A stretch of DNA of 63,899 nt, filler included, from Folioceros fuciformis (Eukaryota), in NCBI GenBank assembly GCA_049999805.1. It is 5 parts of 5 records of this genome, joined end to end, with 100 filler letters (N's around TTAATTAATTAA, not from the genome) between each part and the next. Parts side by side here need not be neighbours in the genome. Positions count along the whole stretch, not along the records: positions 1 to 31,992 come from JBNGIO010004574.1; 4 more parts are not named here. One strand, written 5' to 3'. The notes under the pieces were generated by a model. It did not search any database, had not been told where the DNA came from, and saw only the letters and a program-made list of their open reading frames with translations. Shown one piece after another: positions 12,217 through 23,679 of this stretch; the first letter of the stretch is position 1, and each line of letters starts with the position of its first letter. The translations under genes were made by a program, and so were the position numbers.

Positions 12217-13245
12217 TCAGTGTCGAAAGGCTCGCACCATCTGATCTATCCGTCGCCTACAGAGAGGGCAGAGCCTTAGATTTGACGCACACGAACTGCA
12301 GCAGCACATGTGGCCACAGGGCACAAAGACAGAATTATATTCCTGCTCAAAGCATACGATACACAGATCAGGTGTTGAGCCCTCCCTCTTGGAGGAGACT
12401 GCATCCACCTGGTTGTTCTCATCTCCTGCTAGATCCTGCTCCCTGCGCTCCCGAGCTTCCACTGCTCGTCTATGCAAAGCAGCTCGCCTCCTCCTCTCCA
12501 TCACCTGTCTGACAGCATTTAAGGCAATCAAGTAGACACCAAAAACGGTGAACCCGATCGACATGTACTTGTACCAGCGAGACCATTTGCCAAGGTTGGC
12601 AACCAGCTGATCTAGGCTCCTTCTGGACACATAAAAAGGCCCCCCATTCCGGGGCCTCTGGATGCGCACAACACCTTGGTCGTCTTGAAGAGCTTCTCCA
12701 ACAACGGTTAAGGCCGTTCCAGTGGGAAGAACTCTCTCCATCCTCTTGACCCCCAACATCTTCAACCCCTGCAAATAGTCCAACGTTCCACGCACGAGCG
12801 ACCTGCCCGACTCCTCGAACACCTCACTAGCAATTGCCAGCTCCAATCCAGTCGCCCCCCTTGCACCAACCACATACACCCGCCCGGTCCCATCCTCAAC
12901 ATACCACGGCACCTCCTTGCTTATGGACAGTATGAGAGCAGAGTCCTGCACCCAGGACCCTGTGTCATTGTGCTTGAAGAAATGCTGCTCTGCCGTCTCC
13001 TCCAAAATCACACCTCGCAGGCTTCCATGCTCGCAGCTGATCGGAGAGTCAGACCCCACCCTCCCTGCCACAGCCACAACCACCGGCAGAGCCTTGCAGG
13101 CCGATTGCAGCAGCAGGGCCAGATCCTTAAGCTGGTTCACCTGAACCGCAGACTTGAGTGTACTGGCATCCCTACCACTGTTGTGACTCAGACAGAAGAG
13201 TGCAGCGCCACTTAAGCACAGGGAAACCCCTCCCCACGACAACAT
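12217..13245 (-). CDS. SP1: Chloroplast outer-membrane E3 ubiquitin ligase SP1 (MUL1/GIDE domain plus C-terminal RING), intronless
   Basis: 342-aa ORF with N-terminal TM, EQHFFKHNDTGSWVQDSAL..S.SKEVPWY, second TM and RING CIVC...PCGHMCCC..C...CPLCR. Confidence 0.93.
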   Translation of the reverse strand: MLSWGGVSLCLSGAALFCLSHNSGRDASTLKSAVQVNQLKDLALLLQSACKALPVVVAVAGRVGSDSPISCEHGSLRGVILEETAEQHFFKHNDTGSWVQDSALILSISKEVPWYVEDGTGRVYVVGARGATGLELAIASEVFEESGRSLVRGTLDYLQGLKMLGVKRMERVLPTGTALTVVGEALQDDQGVVRIQRPRNGGPFYVSRRSLDQLVANLGKWSRWYKYMSIGFTVFGVYLIALNAVRQVMERRRRAALHRRAVEARERREQDLAGDENNQVDAVSSKREGSTPDLCIVCFEQEYNSVFVPCGHMCCCSSCASNLRLCPLCRRRIDQMVRAFRH

Positions 13246-13951
13246 TGCATTATCCGATGCTGACTGCGCTGCTCCCCTCCTCCCAGCAGCCGTCGGTCGT
13301 TGGTTAGGGTTGGAGAATCCAATCCAACAGCCACATGGCCTGGATCAACTCCTCGCCGTCTTGAATCAAATCAACCTGCTAGCGCAGTATGCCACACAAA
13401 CCTCACCTTCCTGATGCGCATAACCTCACGGCCTTCTCGCCAAGAATTTGTCCCATTCCACAATCAGAAGAGATCACAGACTCCGCCAACACGCTTGCGC
13501 AGCTACGACCTGCAAATTTGAGACGCCTATCACGATCTTGAATTCGAGCCGACTCCGATGCCTTCCGAAACGCAGCAGAAGCTCAGAGACAGCGTCGCTT
13601 TCCGCGGGGCTGCAGACGAGATCGAGAGAAGACCGAAAGCCCGAAACAAGACAGCCCTTCTGTTCAGTATCTTACTCACCTCAAAAACGGAAACTACTGA
13701 AATGGATAAAATTGAAACCTCTAAGCCGGGTCCGTGGAACGGAGAGAGAACGGGAACATTACCCGAGCTCCCGCCCGCGTTCCCATCCGAAGTGAAGCTG
13801 CTTGTTGTGTTCTGCTGGCGTGCTGCTACAATTCTGAAGCACTTTGCGAGCACTTCTGGCCTGGTATCGTCTAGGGCGTGGGTTGTGAACGTCTCTCAAA
13901 TTCACGCTTCGTCAGTTGGGTGAGAAGGAGGGGTGCAGTTTTGTGGGAGCC

Positions 13952-16900
13952 ATGGAGCTCCCCGAGGAAATTCAGCAGGTGAGCTTGTCTTGCAAAGCAC
14001 GGCAGCAGTGGTGGGATTTTTATTTTCTTTCGTGGTTGCCAGAAACGAGGACTGGAGGCAAGTCTTGGCGCTGTGAGTTGTTCGAAATTTATTGTTTCAA
14101 TTGTCGTGTACAGAAGGCGAAGGTGTTAATGGTCGGGGCTGGTGGAATTGGTTGTGAACTTCTCAAGACTTTGGTTCTCACGGGAATCAGAGATATACAC
14201 TTGGTAGCTCTTATTTTGTTGCTGCTGTGCCGTACGGATGCGCGAATTAGGTTAACCTTTGAGCGTTTGCTTTGAAATGCTGTGGAAGTGCAATTCTGTT
14301 CTAGAGGGGAGTCCACGTTAGACTCTGAATCTGTTTCGCGTGTTTCTTGCAGATTGACATGGACACGATAGAAGTCAGCAATCTGAATAGGCAGTTTCTG
14401 TTTCGGAAGAAGCATGTGGGACAGTCTAAAGCTAAGGTTCATCTTGTCGATTCTGTTTTTTTTTTTTGAGGGGGTGAAGAAGGACACCTTCTCCCAATGA
14501 GTCCAGCTGGCAGATGGATTAGTTTTGCATGTATGACAAATGCTCATGAGCTGGTCATTACAGGTTGCTCGTGAGGCGGTGTTGAAGTTCAGACCCGGTG
14601 TCAACATTGTTGCTCACCATGCAAATGTGAAGAATCCGGAGTTTGACGTGGAGTTTTTCCGGCAATTCAACGTTGTGCTCAATGGCTTGGACAATTTGGA
14701 TGCCCGCCGTCATGTGAATAGATTATGCTTGGCTGCAGGCGTGCCCCTGGTTGAGAGTGGAACAACTGGCTACCTGGGACAGGTGGATTTCAATTGTTCT
14801 CCGTACTATTTTATCTGCTTGCTGGTACTGAGGAGGTTTGCTCTGTGTCCTGGTCGGGGAGCACCTAGAATTTCGACTGTGCACTGTTAGTGCCTTTTTG
14901 ATTAGCCATTAATCTTGTGCTATTCCCAAGCATCTTGCATTGCTGAGTAGGGTGGCAGGTTGATGGGGTGTCCTGCCAGGCATGGATGATCAAAATGTCA
15001 ATTTGTGCTTCTAACGTGACAAGCATTGAGCGTCTGTCATGGTTATGTAGGTGACTGTTCATATTAAGGGACGGACAGAGTGCTATGAATGTCAGCCCAA
15101 GCCTGCACCTAAAACTTATCCTATCTGCACAATCACAAGCACACCATCACAGGTTTGTAGGTTCGATTACCAGGTATTTAGTGGTAGCCAACTTCTCAGA
15201 CTGAGTTGCTGACTCGTTTAAGTTTTCTGCAGCCAGTGCACTGCATAGTCTGGGCTAAAGAGCTCCCATTTGTGAAGCTATTTGGCGACAAGAGTCAAGC
15301 TAATGACCTTATTCTCCACTCACAAGGAAGTGATGCTGTTAAGGATCAAGTACAGGTAGAGCCTATGGAGTTGCAGGAAGGTGAGGATGCCCGAAGTTTT
15401 GCGAGAAGAGTTTTTACCTCCTTGTTCGGTCATAACATTGAGGTTGCTCTCAAGAATGAGGATGCTTGGAAACATAGACGGGCCCCAGAGCCTCTTTTCC
15501 TCGACAACATTTGGCCTGCATCAAAGGACACTGAAGAAGGTGGCACTAGGAGTATTTCTTCAGTGGAAACGTTATCCGCTGCTGCTGGATTAGGATACAA
15601 AAATGCACAAGAAGTATGGACTCTGGAACAAAATGCCAGGGTGTTTCTGGAGTCAGTGCGACTCTTTTTGGAGTGTAGGACAAAGGTTTGCCATCTTCCT
15701 TTGCCCGCCACCAGCTTGTCTTGTTCAAGAACTGGTGGGTGTTTTGTTTGTAGCAGCACCTGAAGTTGTCAGGAGGCATTTGATGTTTCGTCACTGTGTT
15801 GACAGGATATTGGAACTCTGAATTTTGACAAGGATGATCAGCTTGCTGTCGAGTTCGTAACCGCAGCTGCAAATCTGAGGGCCCACTGCTTTGGCATCCC
15901 TCTCCAGAGTCTGTTTAATGCCAAGGGCATTGCTGGGAATATTGTTCATGCTATTGCTACTACAAATGCCATCATTTCTGGCCTGATTGTGCTTGAAGCC
16001 ATAAAGCTCCTCACAAATGACATTGAGAGCTGCAGGTGCTGCAAATGTCTCTTTGGTTGTCTGTGTGATATCGTCATTGAAAGTTGCATGCTACATGTTA
16101 CCGCATCTCCTCTTTAGTAAGCGCCTTGTGAATTACAGAATGACGTACTGCCTGGAACATGCCAACTCGAAGAAGCTGCTGCTGTACCCAGTGGAGCCTG
16201 CGGAAGCAAATGCGGCGTGCTACGTCTGTTCAGAGGTGACCCATTCGCTTTGCATGAGATGACTTACCCGAAGTGTTTGTGAGGTACTTTCTTGCTGACA
16301 TTTGTGCTCTCCAGGCAGCGTTATTTCTGGAAGTCAACACTTCGAAGGCCACCCTGCGTGATGTGATTCAGAAAATCCTTAAGCGAAAGCTTGGAGTAAA
16401 CTCTCCTGTGGTAATGCAAGACACCAATCTCTTATATGAGACGGGCGACGACTTAGAAGCTGACATGGTTGTACATTACTCTCAAAATTTGGAGAAGGTA
16501 AATTTTGTAGCCAGTTTTATCTTGCGTGGGCTCTATTTCGGTGAGAAGTTTATCTGTTTGCTTTCAATGTAACAGTGTTACCTCAGATGGTGGCATGCTT
16601 CCCCTTTTGCTTCTCCAAATTGACTATCTCACTCTGATTGTTAGGTTCTGTCTAAGTTCCCAAACCCTATCGTCAACGGGACTATCATTTCCGTCGAGGA
16701 CCTACAACAAGAGTTCAGATGTAGCATAGAAGTGAAGCACAGGTTCTGATCTCATCCCCCTAAAACCTTGCCGGTAGCCGAATGGGTTCTTTCAAACTGT
16801 CTGCCGCAAAGTTGCCTCATTCCTAACGTTCCACGACACGTACAGGGAAACCTTTGACGAGGAGAAGGAACCAGATGGGATGGTGCTATCCGGGCAATTA

Positions 16901-17107
16901 CCAAGCAGCACTCCTGCAGCTGCTCCCACATACGTAGGGTCCATGTACGTTGCTGTGCAGGATGACGATGACTTAGTCGTCGCAGAAGCTCCAGTGAGCA
17001 CGAAGAGAAAACACACGGAAATCATCATGGATGAAGTAACAGCAAGCAAGGAGGAAGAAGGATGCCCGCCAGCAAGCCAGAAGAGGAAAAGGTTGAGTAA
17101 TAACTGA
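13952..17107 (+). CDS. SAE2: SUMO-activating enzyme subunit 2 (UBA2), multi-exon
   Basis: [69 protein letters not shown] and C-terminal basic NLS. Confidence 0.95.
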
Positions 17108-17217
17108 TTCGACGCCCACTGTCGTGAGAGTCCGATACTGGAGGACTAACCTGCTAACCCTCATAGGTGTGAGAGTTTAGATCATCTGTCTCGGGGAGGC
17201 TGTATTAGTACTTTCAT

Positions 17218-18411
17218 TTAAATGGGAAGAAATACAGCTTCTCGCAGACCGAACATCTTCTTGTTCCAGCCCAGTCCAACGAGATAATTAACGAAAACTA
17301 CTCCGTCCTTAACGGCTGCAGCGCTGGCATAACGGTGTAAGGGGCCCTTGTACCGTTTAGTTAGCGATGCCGTCTCCCAGCCGTCGCTGCTTTCCAGCAA
17401 GTGCACACCGGCTATGCCCGCTACAGCAAGCTGCTGATCCGAAGCCAAAGCAAGCCCGTCGGCCCAGAAAGCCCGCTTGCTGGACCGCACAGGGTTCACC
17501 GAGCTTCCGTCCAGAGCTACCTTAAATATGACCCCGGCCCAGGTGTGCGCCACTAGCAAAAATCCGTCGGGATGATAAAGAATTCCGTTCAATCCGACCA
17601 GGTTGAACGGAAGTTGGTTACCCTGGGACGTGAAGACCGGGCTGGAGATCTCCTCCAGCACCTTGCCTGTCAAATCTACTCTGTAAATCACGTTGGCCTT
17701 GCCATCAGTGACATACGCTGTGCCTGCCGGATCCACAGTCACATCATCCGCCACGCCGCTACGATCTGCGGCAGCAACGCACAGTCTGGTTATGGAATGG
17801 CTGGATCCGATGCAGACACGGGAAGAATGGAATTGCTTTGAACTGGTCGAGAAGCGGGAGGTGGCTTGGATCACAGGAGGAGGGACGGACCAGGGCCGTA
17901 GAGCTTGGTGAGGAAGATGCGACTCCAGGAGCGGGTGTCGTAGGCGGCCAGAGCGCCGTACGACTGGGTGACTAGATCGGCGTAAACTACGAGCAGGCGG
18001 TGGTGTTGTTCGTCCAAGTGGAGTCCCAGGCTGGCGTACTTGCTCACCTCCTGGTCCTGTAGAATGAGCTCATCCTGCGTGGCATTGAAAGGGAGCTGCA
18101 CTCCAGGTGCGGCAACATCATGGTAGAATCTTGATGGCTAGAGAAGAGCACGGGAAGGCAACGGGATTGTACTGTACAGATAGAAGGAGATGGCTTGTTA
18201 CCTGCGTGATACCTCCTTTCATGTCACTGAGCAGGAATCGATGCCCCTGGGGATCCCACACAATGCTTTCTCTGCTCCATCCTCCGGCCCCGTTGTGGTA
18301 GTCCAGAATGTGTCCTTCTGGCCTGCTGCTCAGAAGCAGAATGCCTAAGGCGGGTACCAACACAGCCACAAGGGCCACCACAACCGCGATTTTGATCCTC
18401 GAGAAGGCCAT
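17218..18411 (-). CDS. SMP-30/gluconolactonase-like (calcium-dependent phosphotriesterase superfamily) beta-propeller with N-terminal signal/TM, 3 exons
   Basis: ESIVWD, SLGL..D, ADDVTVD..G.AYVTD, GLNGI.YHPDGFLLV and DGLAL propeller motifs. Confidence 0.85.
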
Positions 18412-19057
18412 GTTCGTCACGCAAGTTCTACACCACTATGGTGTATTTTACAAGGCTGCTACGTACAAGCTCACCAAACTGTGTCCACAAACTTGATGCA
18501 GTTGATTATTTGTTGTGCAATTAGCTTGATTGTGGCGAGCGAGTGGTCAGGGATGGTGGCTGGAGATGCTTCACAGGAGAACACTTTGTCTCGAAGTGTG
18601 TGGTAACCTGCACAGTGGATCCCAGGAGACGCACGGGATGCTTCTGTTTCGGTTGTCGATGTTTGCCACAGTGATGTGACCCCATACCCGGCCGGCCCGG
18701 TCAGTATGAGCATATTTCAGTGGGGTCCAACTCTTAATGACGTGGCCACAACTGCTTCGTGGGGCAGACTCAAGTCCCGGGGGATTTGCCTTTTGGGGAT
18801 TGCACTGGGTTCATTCTGTATGTGGCGCATAAGGGATTGCTAGCACCTCGGATAGCTCCGGGTTCTTACAGCTGCCGGCCAGCCCTGTAACGCCTCGAAC
18901 CTTGAGCAGCTAGAATGAGAGCAAGAGCCGTTGGGAACAGGCGGAGTAGTTCCGTTGCTGTCTATCCACAGTTGTGTGGGCAGATTCTTTCATTGTTTGC
19001 GCAAACAAAGTTCAGTACAGGTTTATCATGAGTTCAAAGCCCGAGTTTGGGTTTGTT

Positions 19058-20957
19058 TCAACCATGCTGCCAGTACCAGTTGGTCTTCCCAGGGTATCCC
19101 AACTGATCCAGGGCTTCCACTTCGTCTTCGGTGAGCCTCCACCCTAGTGCTCCTGCGTTCTCCTCAGCCTGTCGCATCCCAAAAACCGTTAAACAACAGA
19201 GACGAACCAAACAGTGTGAACTGGAAACAGCACACCAAACGGGACGAAGGCGGGGCATCGACCTGCTTGGCATTCTTAGCACCTGGTATCGGAATGGTAC
19301 CTTTACATCTGTAAAACGAGTTGCAGTGCATCAGGATCTTTGAAAACGTTTAAGAAAGTACCTACGGCTCTCGGTACTTACATGCACCAGTTGAGGGCAA
19401 CTTGACCTATGGTCTTGCCATGATTGCTCCCAATTGTCCTCATCTTCTCCAACAAGGGCTCTACGTCCTTGATTGGGATCTTGCCAAAACGCCTGTTGTC
19501 CGGAGGCGGATTTGCCACAGAATACTTGCCTGCAAGGAAGTAAAAGACGAGAAGGTCCAGACCCAGTTTCAGGACATCACCATCAGTGAGTGAGTGAGTG
19601 TGAACCCCCGTTACATACCAGTGAGGCGCCCCATCCCAAGGGGTGAGTAGGCAAATGTTGCAATTCCAAGCTGGGTACATGTGTCTATCAAACCATCCAA
19701 GTCTGGTAGCATTCTTAGCAGCGAGAATTCGACCTGCAGGAGGTTATGGGCAAGGACGATGAGCCACAACTTGTGAAGGCTGAGAAGAGCTGGAGGTGGG
19801 GATGGGTAAGGCTCGAACCTGGTTTGAAACAAGTGGAACATTTCGTTTCCTTAAAACTTTATAAGCACGTTGTATCTCACTCTGATTGAAGTTGGAAACT
19901 CCAACTGCACACCATCCACCCGCAAAGAGATCAATCATCCTGACTTGACGAAACGAGCACCTAGCAAGTGCAGCCCATCAAACTTACATCCACCTAATCA
20001 TCTTGCCCACCTGACTTTGTGAGACCTGCATGATATACATCGGCAAGGCCATGACAGAGATGTTCGACAGGCCTTATAGACAATCCTGGGCCGTGTATCT
20101 GCCAAAACGTGAGTCAGTGACAGATGCTTTGCGGCCACCCTTCCCCCGACCATTCAAAACATAAGTTGCGCTTTACCAGACGAGACACAGACTCCGGTTG
20201 CCAATACCTGAAAAAGATCCACCTTCTCCAATCCTAGTCTGTTCAGGCTTTCCTTCAGAGACTGACGCATCGTCTTGCGAGGACTGAGGTGCCACGGAAA
20301 CGGACAATACTTGGTGGCAATAACCAAACTGCTCCTCTCCTCTGCAGACAAAGTTTTGATGAATTTGCCCACCAACCTCTCAGATTCGCCTGCACCAAAT
20401 CCGCTCACACATCAGACACTTCCAAAGCTACCCTGCACAACCCCCCGGCTCTGCTGCAACTTCATATGAAAATCCCCAAAATACATCGGCATCCTGCACT
20501 CATAAGGTTCAACAGTGTCATAAAGGTACCCTTTCCATAAAGCTCAGCGGTGTCGATCACATGAACACCCAACGCCAAAGACCTCCGGAAAGCTGCCTCC
20601 ACCGCCGCCTCATTCAACTCTTTGTCGTAGCCTCCATATCCCCACATTTTCCTGCCACGAAAACATTCAGCCTCAATTCTGTACGAACCAGAGGCTAGGA
20701 CGTTAAACTCCTGTCCTATGCACAGCGCCTGCTAACGCCCAGGCAGGCTACTCAACGCGCAGAAAACACGCCATCGAGCGATGCCACAGAACATACTTGT
20801 CTCCCCAGGCCCAGGTACCGACGCCCATTAAATGCCCTTTCAAGACATTGAAGGCTGTCTGCTCCGCCCTCAACTTCTCCCCTTCCTCAGAGGAGGTAGA
20901 CGCGGAGGAGGAGGAAGAGGAGGAAGAAGACGCTGTCTCCTGTTGCGGGGTAGCCAT
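19058..20957 (-). CDS. Aldo-keto reductase (pyridoxal-reductase/PLR1-related group), multi-exon
   Basis: MGVGTWAWGD, DTAELYG.GESE, IATK, SL.RLG..KVDL.Q, VGVSN, NQVEFSLL, AYSPLGMGRLTGKY, QVALNW, QAEENAGALGWRL. Confidence 0.92.
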
Positions 20958-23154
20958 GGCGCAGCAAACCAGAACCTCCCACCAGAGGCCACCAGCTGGA
21001 AATGTGCCACTTCTACTCTACAGCTGCATCATCGCCGCATCCAGAAACCCAGCATGCAAGGACAACAGCAGGATGGACGCCTTGCTTGCTCCAGGACGCT
21101 TGTGCACTAGCATCCGTCGTGCAATACAGCGGTGAAGGTGGAGCGGAACAAATCATTCCTGATGTTCCCTGCAGGAACATATGATTGCGCCTGTACCACG
21201 GTTGCCGGTCCCAAAGCCCACAGGTGGGTCTGTGTCTAATGTGGGGCCACGTCGGAAGTGGACTCCTCCAGCTGGCTGCTGCTGGCCGACGCGTCGGCTA
21301 CGCCAAGTCCTAACACTGTTTAACCAACCCGTTGGTAACCCGCTACCGTCCAGTCTGCCGTCCACCAATTTGCACAGGGTACGTGACACGATCGCCACCT
21401 CCGAGCTTGGGACGGAGATCTCAAAAATTTCAAGCCGTTTGGAAACTTTGGCAACTCCGGACACTGGTGCTCGCAATCCGCCAAGGAAGCCACTTCTGTG
21501 AAAGCTGAACTAGTTTGACCTCTGGACTGACACCTGTCTCAGAAGTTCAAGCCTTTGGGCTCTGTCATGGTACGGTGGAGGAGTGCGCCCATCTCGACTT
21601 TACTGTCGACGGCCCTTCTCCTTGCACATAACAAACAAAAGTGGGGTCTCGTCAAGTACATGTTCCGAAGTCTGATGCGCTTTTCCGGAGAAATCCTCTC
21701 AAAAAAATATTTGAGACGACAGCCTTTGGGGATCGCGTCAAGTGCGACAATTGTAGCAGAACTTGCGTCGAGTGCAACATCAAAATCTACACGGTAGGGG
21801 ATTCCACCGTAGCACGCTAGCCTATCTACGACCTACTCCATCTCAGGCTGATTTCTCTGGAAGGTGGACGATGCCCATGAGCTCCTTTACCTGGGCTGCA
21901 CTTCCCCCATCTCTATGCCATGACAAACAGTTCCATCCCGCCACAGCCAAGAACACATGCGCACATAATCAGCAACGTATGGAGGATGCAAAACATGAAA
22001 CGACCACCCACTTTGCTATTGGACAATGCTACGCAAAAACTGGCATTGCACTTTCACGTGTAGGAAAGGAGGAATGAGAAGCTTGAGAAACAGCAATGGA
22101 AGACGAGAGACAAGATTGACTGGCATGAACTGTGTAAGTCTGTTGCGAAAAACAAACTTCGTCCTTGGCTGAGCAAATGGAAGGTGGACATACACAGCCA
22201 GAAAGTGACAGCAGCCTTAGAAAGGGTTTACTGCAAAGACATACATGATTACAAGTCACTCATGCGAGAACATGATTCGTGAGCCTTTCTTGAGGAGCAT
22301 CAGCGCAAAAAGCCTCCGAGATCAGGATTCGCTGCATGTCACGTGTCGTCATGGGCATCTAAGCAAGGGCGAATTGCAAACCCATTACCAGCCATGTGAA
22401 AATTGATAAAACCTCAACAAGCTGTGTCTTCCTGCTATGTGTCGTCTTGATCATCTGACCATGCACACCAAGCATTCTTTACTTCCACCAATCACCCCAA
22501 CTTGTGCATAACTCAAACGCAAGGAGCTTCACAGACATCACAGCCAGCAAGGCAAAGAGAAGACCCAAGTCCAGCACAACGCATGGCGTTGAACGAAAAT
22601 GCTATACAGACACTGCCAAGCATTGAAGCATTGACATTACAAAGTCAACAAAGATGTGGTCCAGAATAAGAACCCCCATGCTTATCTCTCAAGCTCATCA
22701 TCCGGCCAACATCACCCTACAGAACAAAATTGGACTGGAAGGTGCACTAATCCGCTGTTTCCTCAGATATACAGCTAATCTGGCTCTGATGATAAACGGG
22801 TATGCTTCCTCACTGTTTCGGGGCTTTCTAGATATCCTCAGAAAGCCACGACCCTGCACTCGCATCATAGTTAACCCAATCAATTATCATCACAGAGCCA
22901 AGTGCCTGCACTTGAACCAAATTTCATATGTCAATTGCCAGAAAACTAGCAATCCATCAACCACCAGCCTACCAATCAACCAAGCAGTCCGCATTCAGCT
23001 CCGACATCAACTGGACAAATGTCACTGGCACAAACCCAAACCGCCAGACCACATCACGCCACGCCACGCCACGCCACGCCACGCCGCACCAATCCACAGG
23101 AAAAAAACCAGAACAACTAGGGCAACAAAATCTCACCCCAAAGTTTTTTGACCA

Positions 23155-23502
23155 CTACCGATCTGGAGAAGAATGGCAGAGCGTACCCTGAAGAAGAGGA
23201 GCAGCGAAGGAGCTGGTACTCAGCCTTGACACCAGCCGAGCAGTGGCCATAGCAGTGTGCAGCGGCAGCAGGGACTGCGCACACGCGATCCGCGGCACAG
23301 ATGGCCTCCTCAACCGGAAACTGGAAGCTCCCACACCAGCATTCGAGGAGGAGAACTCAGAAGCGGCCGCAGTCCGACCAGTCGAGATGCCTGGAGCTTG
23401 GGACTCTACTCTAATTAACGAGTGCGCAGCTCTACTAGATTGGCAGGATCTCGCCACTGACACAAAAGACCTCCGAGCCGCCCTTCCGACCACGCCCGCC
23501 AT
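23155..23502 (-). CDS. NOXY2/NUCLEAR FUSION DEFECTIVE 6-like small organellar protein (read-through isoform; splice donor after 23187)
   Basis: Ser/Arg/Ala-rich presequence-like N-terminus followed by the family motif AQSLLPLHTAMATARLVSRLS...LQGTLC. Confidence 0.85.
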   Translation of the reverse strand: MAGVVGRAARRSFVSVARSCQSSRAAHSLIRVESQAPGISTGRTAAASEFSSSNAGVGASSFRLRRPSVPRIACAQSLLPLHTAMATARLVSRLSTSSFAAPLLQGTLCHSSPDR

Positions 23503-23679
23503 GGATTGTGCGGATTGCAGCTCCTGCGACGCGAATATGATGGATTTCCGTCTGTTTCGCCTCTTACCGTTTTACTCTCTGACTATGCGAATTCTGGATT
23601 CCGCTCGTCTCTAAACCCTAAACCCCTGCCCTACAGTGAGGACGCACGCACGGTGAAGTGCCTTTTGCGGAAGCTGAGC

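Noticed and set aside
21140-21900. Possible LINE ORF1-like relic on the minus strand (RVDFDV...YLTRPHFCLLC)
   Set aside because: Zinc knuckle is incomplete and the resemblance is too weak without a search.
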